A DNA stretch of 63,691 nt, filler included, from Neolecta irregularis DAH-3 (GCA_001929475.1; 11 parts of 11 records of this genome joined end to end with filler, not necessarily neighbours in it); one strand, 5' to 3'; shown: positions 15,111 through 27,748, counted from the whole stretch's first letter. Notes: a model not told the origin generated them from the sequence alone. Made by a program: numbers and translations.

Positions 15111-15554
15111 AAAGATACGAGTTATCGTGACTTTGGGGTTTTGTTTCGTAATTTCTTCGACGGGCGTATTGTTTTATTAGGGATGTTGGTTCACCTAAGA
15201 GGGTTTTACTTGTTTTTAGTTGGATTATCGGGTGTTTCTGTGTTTAGGTAATTTTGGGGGATATATGGGACTCAAGTTTCATTTGAATTGAGCGGATTAT
15301 TTGGACAAATAATTATGATGAGATAATAAAACATCACCGACAAAAATGAATGCAATAGCCACTGAATAGAAATTCTGTGTTGAACAGAGTGATCTAACTA
15401 GCAATATAATCAAATTAACAGACTTTCTGGGTTGGTAATAATTATATGATTTCTAAATGCGGATGGAAAATTGAACTGCATCGAAACCCTTAAAGCGCAA
15501 GGAGACAGCGTTTCCCCATATTAAAATGATTACAGCGCACTCGGCTGGTTTCTA

Positions 15555-16906
15555 ATGAACTACATTGCCCAGCCTTGTCGTTTGCCGGATATTCTTTTGG
15601 TCCATGGCACTGAGCCGTATAATGCAGAGACTCCCTTGCATCGTATTAGACGATATCAAACACTTTGATAATTCTTCAGTTTTAAACGAGAATTGCTCAT
15701 TGTTGGATCCTCGGACTATATTCAGACGGTCAGACGATACTGTCTGTATCTAACCTGTAGTAATCATGGTCCTCTTCCAAATATTCGAGAGAACGATCAT
15801 ATTCTTTATATCAACGGTCTTATCGAACAACCACTTGAACTAAATATGGTCCAACTCAGGAAATTCGACAAACATACTGTCGTAAGTGCTATACAAGTAT
15901 GTTGATGTCGCATGGACGAGTAACAGAAAGTGTGCTGGTAATCGCAGGTCTGAAATGTCAGAAACGGAAACTACACAAGGTCTTCAATGGCGAGCTGGAA
16001 CAATTTCAAATTGTTCATATAGCGGCGCACGGATCGGTCATATATTAAAAAAAGCAAGATGTAGGAAAACAACTGGATTGCATATTGTCATCGCATGTGA
16101 TATACAGAAATGTGATGAAGATGGTAAAACTTTCAGCTCGAGTGACGCTCAGTTTAAGGCAACTATGAGACAAGCATTCCAATCGAAAAAGCAATGAGTG
16201 AAGAGTGTTTGCTGGCATACGAGGTTTTTACTTGTTTCGAAGCTGGACTAATTCTCTAGATGAATGGAAAAGTGTTACCTCGAGAACACGGGTTTCCTGT
16301 AAGAGCGGTGATACCAGGGTTTGCTGGTGCCAGAATGACAAAGTTTGTGACAAGAATTACTGTCCAGGAGAAAGAGAGCAGTTCTTATTATCAGCAACAT
16401 GACTATAAAATTCTCCCACCGCATGTAGATGGGGTCTGTTTTAGGTATTGACATTTAGATTACATCACAGCAACAGGCTTCAGCATACTGGTCAAATGTT
16501 CTCTCGATACAAGAAATGCCTGTGAATTCTGCTATAACGAGCCCTCAGAGCGGTGAAGCTGTGATTAGCAAGGAGGGACGTGTTGAACTTACAGGATATG
16601 CCGTTGCCGGGCCTGGTGGTTGTGTCAAGAGTGTTTATGTAGGAGATGGAGACCATTGGATTGAAGCAAATCTTCAGAAATCCAGCGAACGATGGGCCAT
16701 GGTCTTTTGGAATACTACACTTTTAGATGTGACACCAGAGACAGTCATATATTGTCGAGCTGTAGATGAATCTGGCAAGCTTGATGGTTTTAGCAAAGAC
16801 TGACATGACAGGTAATACTCAACCAAAAAAAGCTGCCTGGAATCTCCGTGGGGTATGCGAAAATTCCTGGCCAAAGGTGCAGAATCTGCTATATAGCGAC
16901 GTATGA
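15555..16906 (+). CDS. Sulfite-oxidase-family molybdopterin oxidoreductase without a cytochrome b5 domain, 8 exons
   Basis: PYNAE, RNHGPLP, QCAGNRRSEM, AYEMNG..LPREHGFPVRAVIPG and RAVDESGNTQP..WNLRGV. Confidence 0.85.
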
Positions 16907-16967
16907 TTGTGAATTAATAAATTGTTCTATATGACCTATGACCTGAAACTCTAGACTGTATAAATAT

Positions 16968-17651
16968 CTAATCCATTCTCATGTAATAGTCGACTACACG
17001 TAAGAAACATTCGAGATGGAAGATATACTGGCAGCTGAAAAGGCTGCGAATCCCGCGCAACCCAGAGCAGCAGCCTGAGGACCTGCTTTCATAGCTAAAG
17101 CACCACCAGTTATACAACCCGCCGCAATACCGTTATACATGTCGTTTTTTGCACGGTACTCAAGTTATTCCACGGCATCGAGGATGGCTTGTACCGATTC
17201 AATACAACACTCTGTCCCAGCAAATATCGCACCCACCATGGCGAAACCTTTTGCTGATGAAAATGTCCTCTTACCCATATCTTTGAACCCTACTCTCATC
17301 TGTTCTTTGAAGGGTTTTTCAAGAAAAGCGGGATCTGCATTGTGCATATCCATAGAGGACCTCTAATAAATATTTCTAGTCTGCCGCAGAAGCGTACATG
17401 AAAGCACCGAAAAGCGCACCGAAACCGAATCCTAGAGCTGAGTTTTTTGCAGATGCTTGCTGTACCTGCAACCCCGGATAAACCAGTTTTGAACACACAT
17501 GAATCCTGTTGTCCATGAGATAGAAATATGCCTAGTGAACAAATACCATTGCTTTTTGCATCATTAGAATTTGCTGCTGCTGCTGCTGCTCCTCTGTTGC
17601 TTGCTCCAGTGCATTAGTATGTGTATGGATAGGCGAAAAGGGATAATTCAT
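16968..17651 (-). CDS. TIM22: Mitochondrial inner-membrane translocase Tim22, 6 exons
   Basis: [73 protein letters not shown]. Confidence 0.9.
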
Positions 17652-17734
17652 GAAGTTTTCCCCGGCTTTTCGAAATTCGAGGCCCGACCTATCTCGTCGA
17701 CATTTGCCGCGCTTTTAAATCTAAAAATAACAGA

Positions 17735-18400
17735 ATGTCAGCAGTCGTAGCTACAGCTATTCTATGTCTCACGCTGGTGCTGTGAGTGCAACGATACATG
17801 TTTACTAGCAGGGTTACTACGCTGGTCAGGGCGGTTCGTTATGCTGGGTTTCGTCGTGGTCGTCAGCCAAAAGACGCCGTCATACACATTTATCTGACGA
17901 ATCTTGCTCATCGGGTGAAGATGCAGAGATTGAGGAACAACAAGCACAATTGAACAAATTGGCCGCTCAAGAAGACTGCAAAATGGCACAAACATGGTGA
18001 TGAGTGCCTTCTAACCACCAGGTATTCATTGTTCGAACAGATCTGGAGATGGGAAAGGGGAAAATTGCTGCGCAGGTGCCCTATCACCAAAAGAATTGTT
18101 TTTTCTTACAAAAAGTGCTGTCACGCCGCAGTCAAAAACGTTCAGTCAATCCAACGAACGAATCCCTTCTTGTTACGAAAATGGGAGTCCTCTGGTCAAG
18201 CAAAAATTGTTCTCAAGTGCGGATCGGAAGAGGAAATGTTGCGCTTACAATGGATTGCACGAGAGGGAAATCTTTGTGCGAATAGTATCCAAGATGCCGG
18301 ACACACACAAATAGCTGCGGGAAGTCGCACAGTATTGGCGATTGGACCTGGTCCTAAAAGCTCAATTGACAAAGTTGCTGGGCATTTGAAACTGCTTTAA
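17735..18400 (+). CDS. PTH2: Peptidyl-tRNA hydrolase 2, 4 exons
   Basis: [58 protein letters not shown]. Confidence 0.9.
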
Positions 18401-18475
18401 CATTAATATTTAATAAACCAATGCCTCCTATCAGTAAACTCCATGACCGTGCCCGAAATATTTCCAAACTCCACC

Positions 18476-18710
18476 CAGATGCCTTTCATTTGCTCTTTTC
18501 AGGTTCTCGAGCCCTGGATGGCGTGTTAAAAGGTTGCAGATTTGGGGTTTCTGCGTCGTCATCGAATGAAATAAGCTCTGCTACTTTATCTCTTGCACTC
18601 AAAGTCAGTAAATCACCCTCAAGACTGCGTACGGTCCTCCTGTTCGAGAGAAACATGTTGCGGGACGCCTCCTGTACCGTTCCGGAGTTGCTCGACGAGA
18701 AATATGAGAG
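18476..18710 (-). CDS. Possible 3' end of a gene truncated by the assembly gap
   Basis: An open frame runs from the gap to a TGA (...ELISFDDDAETP...EPEKSK*). No motif recognised. Confidence 0.3.
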
Positions 18711-18844
18711 NNNNNNNNNNNNNNNNNNNNNNNNNNNNNNNNNNNNNNNNNNNNTTAATTAATTAANNNNNNNNNNNNNNNNNNNNNNNNNNNNNNNNNN
18801 NNNNNNNNNNCTTTACCACCTGGCCTCTACTGCCATCTGGAGCC

Positions 18845-19919
18845 ATGCACGACCACAGAGGCCTTTCTCAAGACATGATGTCTGTTGAAGGCTGCTCCCA
18901 CCCGGCATCAGCTGGAATCGCCAGAGACACAGTCAATAAACCTACGCCGTGCCATGAAAACATGTTTATAGACGATCCTGATGTCCGCATTGCTGCCGAA
19001 GCTCTGGAAGAACTCGGTGCGGGTATTTAAACTTGGCTTTTGGAAACTCTGAGACTCTTTCAGGAAAATCAACTGGAAATCGTCGAGAATCTGTATTCCT
19101 GGACCGTGTGGCGTCGTATCATCCCATCATCTCTTCTGCCGTAAATGCATATGAAGCCTCCAAATCCAAGGTCCCGGGTCTCAGGTTTTCTACAGAGGTG
19201 ATGGAGTCTGTAGCACGACCAGTAACGTCGCGGTTTGATATGGATGCCTTCGCGTGTCGGCAGCTGGATCGCGTAATTGATTTGGTATAGGCAAACTAAA
19301 AAGTCCAGATTGAAAGTAATTTTAATGGGAGTTCCATTGCTATAGTCCCAACTTCTCCGTCTTCCAAATGGCATGGCGTGATCGTGAGTGCTGGAAGTAT
19401 CGGAGCAGCCTTTAGCGAAGAAAGCATCCGGGGGTTACGATACTGCATCCAGTGGCTTCGAGTACCAGCTCATCACGTGGCGATCTGACCCTATGATAGT
19501 TCACTAATAACAACGTAGAATGTATGATTGAACAGATGTTGGACCTATTGTCTCTGAAACCCGAGGACGCTGTTGTGCCGCAATCTGAGATCTCTCATCG
19601 GTTGGCTGTTTTCAAAGCCAACATTGTGGAAACGATCAAGCGGACCGTTGACATGGTAGGCAGGTATGCGGGAAGCGCGCTCCCGGGTCCGGCACGTGTT
19701 CGGGTGCGAGAATATATCTTGGGGATTCCTGGGCGATGGGAGAGGAAATCGGACGGGTCACAGACGGAAGAGACCAAGGTTATGTGTCTTGCGCGCGAGT
19801 GTCTGGAAGTTTTGGCGGGGGTGTGTTCGGTGCTGGAGGACACATTGAGCGGAGCCGAGGACTGGTGCGAGCGGCTGGGGAAGCGGAGCGTGGACCAGGA
19901 TCCAAGAAAGAGAGAGTAG
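18845..19919 (+). CDS. OPI1: Opi1-family transcriptional regulator, 4 exons
   Basis: DPDVRIAAEALEEL, DAFACRQLDRIE, SEESIRGLRYCIQWLR and VGRYAGSALPGPARVRVREYILGIPGRW. Confidence 0.8.
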
Positions 19920-20014
19920 TATTTGTATTGCGAGTGGGGCCAGTGGGACGGGAGGAGGCGGTGTATGAGAGTATGGGTGGGAAAGGGAGCGCGGAGGGAG
20001 TTTTGGGATCTGCG

Positions 20015-22682
20015 ATGATCCGGCTGCCACTGCCCCTGCTGCGGGCGCCACTCCCGCTGCCCCTGTGCCGCCTCCTGTTTGCAGAACGACGGTTCTATCT
20101 AGAGACTGGTCGGTATCACGCTCGGCAATATCGCTCCCGCTCCCCCAACCACTACCCCCAGGCTGTATCCATGTCCACGTCCGCTGCCGCGCTCCCGCCC
20201 TGGCTGTCTCCGCCTGCGGCCAGCCCCACTTCCGCTCCCGCCCTCTCCGTCTGGAACTCCCTGACCCGCTCCAAGGCACTGCCGCCCCTGTTTTCCCTCT
20301 CAACCACTCACTCGCCAGACCGCCTTTGTTCCCATCGATCCCCGCCGCGTCTCCTGGTACAGCTGCGGCCCCACGGTCTACGACGCAAGCCATCTGGGCC
20401 ATGCACGGTGCCCTCTCCCTCTGCTCGCGCCCTCCTCTGACATTTCAGAAACTACGTCACCATAGACATCCTGCGTCGTATCACCGAAGACTATTTTGGC
20501 TACAATGTGACCTTTGTCCAGAATGTCACAGACATCGACGACAAAGTATCCCCGCCCACCAATCCCTCTGACTCGAGATCATAGACCGTGCCCGAGAAAA
20601 TTATCTTTACGAGCGATATACGTCGCAACACCCATCTGCCTCCCCCAAAGTTCTCGAGAAAGTCTCCGCCGCCTGGGAAAAATACAGAGAGTCTCATTTT
20701 CCCTCGTCTCCTCCCGGCCTTGCTGATTTCGTTCGCTGGTCATCCACTCTCGACATCTCCGCAGAGACCGCCAAAGATCAAAAATTCCCTCTCAGGCTAA
20801 AGGCTCTGAAAGTGTCCGCCGCCGCCATACAGTCTCCTTCCGCAACATTTTTCGACAATGTCAGGGATATTTTGGTTCCTGTCTTGGACAGCGAGGTGAG
20901 TCATTTTTTCTACCAAACTGTTTGCTAAATAAATTAGCAAGGCGCATCAGTCGAAGACCCTTCAATTTTTAGATCTTTGGCTGCCTATTGGGAACGACAA
21001 TACGACCTAGATATGGCCAAGTTAAATGTACGGCCCCCGACCGTAATCACTCGAGTATCAGAATATATACCTCAAATCATCGATTTTGTAAAGAAATTAA
21101 TCGATAAAACCTTTGCCTATGAGCATGAGGGAAACGTCTACTTTGACTCGATAAATTACGACAGGAACGGCTATTCTCCTTACGTAAAGCTCGAACCTTG
21201 GAATAAGGGAAATCAAGAATTGATTGCGGATGGGGAAGGGTCTCTCTCGAAAACGACCGGCAAACGTGCAACTAGTGACTTTGCGCTCTGGAAGAAGAGC
21301 AAAGCCGGTCATCCAACCTGGGATAGTCCATGGGGAAAGGTATTATTACCATGTCAAAAGTATCTCAGCGTCTAGGGTCGACCGGGTTGGCACATCGAAT
21401 GCAGCGTGATGGCTTCAGAAGTTTTAGGTGAGCAAATCGATATCCACACCGGAGGAATCGATCTGGCTTTTCCGCATCACGACAATGAGCTTGCCCAGTC
21501 TGAAGCTTACCATGGTTGCAAACAATGGATAAACTATTTTCTTCATACAGGCCATCTCCATATCGAAGGTTTGAAAATGAGCAAGAGTCTCAAGAATTTT
21601 ATCACAATTCAAGAAGCGCTTGAAAAATATTCTTCCAGACAACTACGCCTAGCCTTTCTCCTACAACAATGGAACTCTGGAATTGATTTTAGAGAAAGCC
21701 TAATCAGTGAAGTAAAGGGCTTTGAGAAAACCATGACGGTATCCATCCTATTTTCACCATGTTCTAAATCCAAGAATCTCTTTACCAATGTCAAAGCTTT
21801 GAAAAATGAACATAATGAAAGTGTTGGCAAAGGCCTTACTATCCCCTATCAATATGCCAAACATGAACGCAATCTACTAAATTCGTATGGTTCAAGTCGT
21901 CTAAAACTCCTAATAATAGGCTTGATACATCTCAGAAACGACTCCATGAAGCCCTTTGTGACAACTTTAATACACCTTTAGCCGCGCAAATTTTACTTGA
22001 ACTCGTCAACAAGACAAACATCTATTTGTCGAGCACGCGCAGTGATGCTAATATCTGTCTTGTAACCGATGTTTCATCATGGATTGTCAAAATCCTAGGT
22101 ATTTTTGGCTTTGAAATGAGTCAACTTGGGTGGGCCTCTGCTCAAAACGCTCCTTCTGTATTTCTTGAAACTAAAAGTTCTAACATGTAGTCTGAAAATA
22201 CTGTCATGCCGTATCTTCGAGTCCTCTCATCATTCAGAGATCAAGTTCGATCATTATCAATTGACAAGGCTCCTCATTCCCGTATATTAGCTTTATGTGA
22301 TCGGATACGGGACTTTGATTTGGCGGAACTCGGTGTGTCGCTTGATGATCGCGAATACGGAGCCGCCTTGATCAAATTTGTTGATCGGCAAGATTTAGTT
22401 GCTCAACGTGAAGCCAAGTTCGCGAAAGAGAAGGAAAAAGCCGATAAAAAAGCTGCAATGAAAACTGCAGAAGATGCCAAAAAGAGAGACCGTCTTGAAA
22501 AAGGAAAAACTGTACCCTCTGAAATGTTCAAAACTGCAGAATACAGTCAGTGGGACAATAATGGAATCCCGATACTCGACAAGGAAGGTGTGGAAGTGAA
22601 TAAAAGTCGACGCAAGAAGCTGATAAAAGAATGGGAACTTCAGAAAAAGCTACACGAAGAGTACTTGCTATCAATGAGATAA
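20015..22682 (+). CDS. CRS1: Cysteinyl-tRNA synthetase, ~9 exons; second in-frame ATG at 20171
   Basis: [60 protein letters not shown] and KMSKSLKNF. Confidence 0.94.
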
Positions 22683-22798
22683 TGCATAATAGATCATCTA
22701 GAGCCTTTTTGTTATCAGATTTCTGAGTGTGACTTTATGCCCAATCAGGATCACATATCTCAACGTCACCTCCTTTCAACCTCGACGATTGCACGAAA

Positions 22799-23141
22799 AT
22801 GTCGAGGATATCTTCTGACCACGAATCGCCAATTGTCTCGCTGTATCGAAAGCCTTCTCTAATTAGAATTATTCGGTTTGCTGCTATTAATCTCATTTTG
22901 CCATTTATAAACGGTGTGATGTTGGGATTTGGAGAGATATTTGCACACGAGATTGCGTTCAAACTAGGATGGCGAGGTGCTCGGGTATTCAAACACAAAG
23001 TCGCTTCTGATCTGTGAGGTATCTCCTACCAGCAGGATGATTGGTCCAGCAGTGCAAATTTCCAAACCACGAGCAACTATAAATGACAGAAATTCGACCT
23101 CTCAAGACGAGGTGTTGATGGATCTTGCGAGTTTAGAGTAA
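22799..23141 (+). CDS. MIM1: Mitochondrial import protein Mim1 (Tom13), 2 exons
   Basis: AINLILPFINGVMLGFGEIFAHE and a spliced C-terminus ...IGPAV...DLASLE*. Confidence 0.85.
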
Positions 23142-23322
23142 GATTGAATGAAATGTATTTGGAGTTGATGCGTANNNNNNNNNNGGCAACTATAAATGAC
23201 AGAAATTCGACCTCTCAAGATGAGGTGTTGATGGATCTTGCGAGTTTAGAGTAAGATTGAATGAAATGTATTTGGAGTTGATGCGTATCTATATCTATAA
23301 TACATGTACAAGCAAGTCATTA

Positions 23323-24411
23323 TCATTTTCTTTTTATAAAGGCTTGGGCAGGTCTTATGGCATGTACTGGTCCCGGGTTTTTCCCTTTGTGGAGGACCGC
23401 CTGAGCTTGTGTTGAAACAACCCATTTCTTGAGGGATGTAAATAGCAACTTTGAATCGTCTACTAAATGCCAAGGTTGGTGGGGGGTACCCTTTATCAAA
23501 CTACGGTCGAAATCTTCTTTGGGTGGCAGTCCTACGACCTGGCGAACTTTGGGGATCAACAAAAGGGCGCTTTGGCCCATTTGCATGAGACTAGAGGTAA
23601 TCCAAAAGAGGAAAATTCCCTTTGGATGAGAAAACAAGATTTGAAGGGGCTACCGATTGGAAATTGCACATAAATGGGATTGCAATGATGGCTGCCAGTC
23701 GCATGGCGGTTAATACATTAGGTGATGGTTGAGCCTGAGTTCTTCCAGATAGCATTTGAAACTTGGGAATAAGCGGGGTTGGGGTAGCAAGAATACCTCG
23801 ATGGCTTTGAGGGCTACTGCTCCATTCAAAATGGGGAGGGCATAGGCTGGATCTGGAAGGGCGAGATTTTGAAACCAGAGGATGCCGCCGGTGTCCCAGC
23901 CCAAGCCATGAAGCACGCATAGGTCTGAGATTCCCCAGAAAAAGCCGAGGAAGAGGGGGATCTGGATGAAGGGGACGACGAGGCCTTTGAGGGGAGAGAG
24001 GGGGGACATCCCATGTTTTGCGTAGAGGGAGCTCAACTGCCTATGGGTGGCGGTCAAGGCGTGCTTGTCCTGGGTAACCCTTGCCTCTTGTACTGCCTGG
24101 ATGAGGGGATCGAATTCTGGTTTTAGGAGAGCGATTTTAGCGGTGGTGCTCATTGTGGAGAGGGTGATAGGGGCGACCAGGATGCGGGCGGTGACGGCGA
24201 GCGAAACGACGGCGGCCCACCAGGGCAGGCCGGCATAGACGTGCATGAACTCGAGGCCGTGCTCAATCACGCCACCGGGGCCCCATCCTGCGAGGCCGAG
24301 GGTGTGCAGATCGGCGAGCTGGCGCGAAAGCAAATCATAGGCTTGGGCGCTGAACGCAGGCGCGCTTTCGCTAAACGAGGCGGGCGTCGCAGCAGCAGCA
24401 GCAGCAGCAGC
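23323..24411 (-). CDS. OXA1: Oxa1/YidC membrane insertase; 5' end lies in the gap
   Basis: LEFMHVYAGLPWWAAV, IQIPLFLGFF, GGILWFQNLALPDP and GIFLFWITSS. Confidence 0.88.
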
Positions 24412-24595
24412 NNNNNNNNNNNNNNNNNNNNNNNNNNNNNNNNNNNNNNNNNNNNTTAATTAATTAANNNNNNNNNNNNNNNNNNNNNNNNNNNNNNNNN
24501 NNNNNNNNNNNTCAGCCATTTGCGCTTTTCAGATTGTAGAATATTACTTAAGGGCAAGGAGCCCGCCCTAAATCTTTGTCAATTTATCGCGAACC

Positions 24596-25077
24596 ATGTT
24601 GTCGATCTTTTTGTTCATCGCCTTGTGTGGAAAGCTTTCCTTTGCAGGGTACTATCTTGACAAATTTGATGATCAGAGCCCCTTGGGACTATCGATCCAT
24701 ATGAATCCCCAACTCTTGCACCCGTCTCATATTATCGGTTTCGAAACCCGTGACCAGGTGAGCCAACTCGAAATCTGTGCTGAACACTGCTTCAAAGACA
24801 GTTGGTGTGGTTCTTGCCTTTGGGCAAGTCAACGGGATCCCGGCAACAACTACTACAACTACTTTTGCTACCTATTTGATAGAGAATCGGTTGTGGACGT
24901 TACGCCAGTGAACGCGCCAGTGGACGATTGGCCGGATTTCTTCGGCAGGTACTTCACGAAAATTAGGGTTAGTTGGGACTTAAAAGTCATCTGATGTTTT
25001 AGGTGGAAAGGAAATTCAGCAAGACTCTTTCAGATAAGACTCTTTCAGATATTGATGTCATTACTCAAAGGATGTAA
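24596..25077 (+). CDS. Small secreted PAN/Apple-like cysteine protein; probable intron at 24968-25002
   Basis: Signal peptide MLSIFLFIALCGKLSFAG and CAEHC-x5-CGS...CYLF spacing. A GTTAGT...CTGAT...TAG intron follows the domain. Confidence 0.65.
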
Positions 25078-25742
25078 TTCAACAATAATATTGTAATTCA
25101 ATTATTGTCAATTTTGAGTATTGCCTATTTCCTGTCGCCCATACAACAAACATATACTCCATGGTGGCCAGCTAACCCCTCCAGACACCCGCTCACTACT
25201 GGGATCTCCAGCTTCTGCTGCCATTCCGCCCCCTCGACGCTGCCCTCCGGCCTGCCTATCGCACAAGCGGCCCACCGACCTGCAGCCGGGTATCTACCAG
25301 CAGAGCTCTGGCGACACAAAATGGACATGCCACCCCTCTGGACAGCACCGACAGCCCTACCTCTGGACTGGACAACCCTCTTGCACAAGGCAGAGTCATC
25401 ATCAGCCCCACTGTCCCCAATATGATCCACACCTACGCCTGCCTGCTCTGGTTGCCATGCGGCAGGCGCATCTTCATCCTCATCCACATACACCACCTGC
25501 ATCTCACTTACTTGCCATAATATTACTGCAATCGGATTTCAAGCCTATAAAATAGATAAATGGCTATACCTAGCCTAAGTCAAGTTCACTTATGCTGGTT
25601 TTCGGTAAACCTAGTCTTATCCTTACTCGGGCTTCAATACTTACAGGACATGGGAAAATCCCTTTCAAGGTATAGCTTCCCTGGCAGAAGATGTCCATTT
25701 ATTTCCTATTCCATAAGAACTATATCAACTCTCAAACATACT

Positions 25743-26623
25743 TTATAACCCACGAACAAAGACAACGGTATGGAAATTCTTAACCTCTGAATTTTCAAAC
25801 AGCTCGCTAGTCTTTAACACTTCGCCGCTCTCGACGTGCCATAGACTCAATTTCAACCAATCAGCTCGAGTATTAGAGCAAAATTATACCTGGTCTAAAT
25901 TAATTGTATTATTGACGTTCCGTAATCCCATCCTACCAGTTAGCTGAAGCCTGAGAAGATGTCCACATACATTGTAGCTAACCGATCTAAAACCTTTCCA
26001 TTACTCCAATCTTTTGATACGAAAACCTCCATTTTGGAGTTTCTTGACTTTTCGCCAGGAGGAGCTTCGATCCAAAACCAAACTCTCTTTTCCTGAGGAA
26101 CTTTATCGTCGCCTTTTGCCAGTCTTTTCATTTCTACGATATTATGTTTTGGACCGGGCCTTTTGAGCAAAGCCTGCTTCCTCTCTTCTCCCCACTTCTT
26201 AATTCGTAATAACGCTGATCGTTGTGATTTCTGGAAGGGCGTCTCTGGTGCGCCTGAACAATTATGATCGATTGCATGCCGATCCTTGAGACAATAAATA
26301 TTTCTGCAAATGCATATTGTTCCTGGCGAAGTAGTATCGTTTAGTTCTGTTAAACATTTTGCGCATTTGCCGGTCGCCTTTGAGTTTACTGGCCATTTAT
26401 CTGATATCGGCGATGGGGAATTCTTTTTGGCAAGAAATTTACAAGAGTGTATTTCTGCTTTCCAGTGTTCGTTGCAGAACTTGAGGTTGCAGAATTCGCA
26501 TCTGAATGGGAGAAAATCTAGTATCCTGATTAGTTGTTGCAAAGTCACTGTAAATAAACCAAGCTGTCGACATTCGGCACAGCGGTCCCCTATTTCTTCA
26601 AATTCGCCGACTTGTTGTTCCAT
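25743..26623 (-). CDS. AN1-type zinc-finger protein with C-terminal ubiquitin-like domain (Cuz1/ZFAND1-like), 4 exons
   Basis: IGDRCAECRQLDFLPFRCEFCNLKFCNEH, a second AN1 finger YCLKDRHAIDHNC, KRLAKGDDKVP, GKVLD, NVNN...KLSLWHVESGE...TVVFVRG. Confidence 0.82.
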
Positions 26624-26812
26624 ATGACCTTGATATTTTTGGTTTAAAGATTTACAAGGAATTTGGGCAATTGCGGTTGAAAATGCGGATTTGGCAAATA
26701 AGACGTAAGCGACGGTTCGGAGAACAACAAAGTACTTTCTTTGAAGCATATAAAAAGAAACAACCATCCAAAAATATGATATGAGAAATAACGCCAGATT
26801 TCCACATATTTT

Positions 26813-27748
26813 CTAAGAATCTGCTTTAATGACAGCATTTGACCGATTAATCATTGCCATTCGATGGACCTGCTCCTTTTTCTGAAACACAGAACTTTTG
26901 CCCTCCATAACCTCTAGGACCTCTTGTGCAAATCGAATGCTGAAATTGGTATGGCCCCGTTTATCACATGCGCCACACATCCAGAGCAATGCTTGTCGGT
27001 GACGCTGTCGCTCTTTGAGCGGGACAGGCACCGCAACCTTCTTGGAGCCTTTTGATTGTTGGACAATCTTTACCAACGGAGAGGCAGATTCGACTGCTTG
27101 ACGAAGTGTCTCGACGGGATCGACATGGACTTTCCCGCGCAGGTATTCGAGAATATCTTGAACTAATTTCTGGGCTTTGGATTTTTTCCCTTCTCGCATG
27201 ATTAAATTAACAAAATATGCACACAGAGGATCTGTTCTGACGGGTATATTGATAGACTTGGGATCGACACATAGCTCTTCGGGGTCGGGATTCCCCTGTA
27301 AATCGAACTGGATTCTCTTGAGCCCGTCAGGTCCCTCTAGTCCCATTATTGCTTCTGGAGTATCCTCCAACGCAGTGTTGCCTTGTTCGGATATTTTCTG
27401 GACTGCAATGGAGTCTTCTGGGACTTGGTCGATGGGCGATGGGTTTTCAGGGTCTTCCTTGTCGCTATGCAGAATATTATCGGATGCTGTAGCCTGTTCG
27501 AATATTTTCTGGACTGCAATGGAGTCTTCTTGGACGATGGGCGATGGTTTTTCAGGGCATTCCTTGTCGTTATGCAGAATATTATCGGATGCTGTAGCCT
27601 TTTCTGTGACATTCCCAATGTTTTTGTTGGTGACAATTTTTTTCGTCTGGGGAGGGCGTTTTGCGCGGGAGGATGCAAACCGCAGAAGCAAGCGGTTCTG
27701 CACTGGGAATCGACCCAAAAGTGGCCGCAGGGGAGAAAGAACGAACAT
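26813..27748 (-). CDS. RSM7: Mitochondrial ribosomal protein S7 (uS7m)
   Basis: Arg-rich presequence, FVNLIMREGKKSKAQK, VPVPLKERQRHRQALLW and KKEQVHRMAMINRSN. Confidence 0.88.
   Translation of the reverse strand: MFVLSPLRPLLGRFPVQNRLLLRFASSRAKRPPQTKKIVTNKNIGNVTEKATASDNILHNDKECPEKPSPIVQEDSIAVQKIFEQATASDNILHSDKEDPENPSPIDQVPEDSIAVQKISEQGNTALEDTPEAIMGLEGPDGLKRIQFDLQGNPDPEELCVDPKSINIPVRTDPLCAYFVNLIMREGKKSKAQKLVQDILEYLRGKVHVDPVETLRQAVESASPLVKIVQQSKGSKKVAVPVPLKERQRHRQALLWMCGACDKRGHTNFSIRFAQEVLEVMEGKSSVFQKKEQVHRMAMINRSNAVIKADS

Noticed and set aside
23071-23290. Duplicated Mim1 3' end
   Set aside because: It flanks a 10-N gap. The single C/T difference suggests two haplotypes or a mixed sample, not a tandem duplication.
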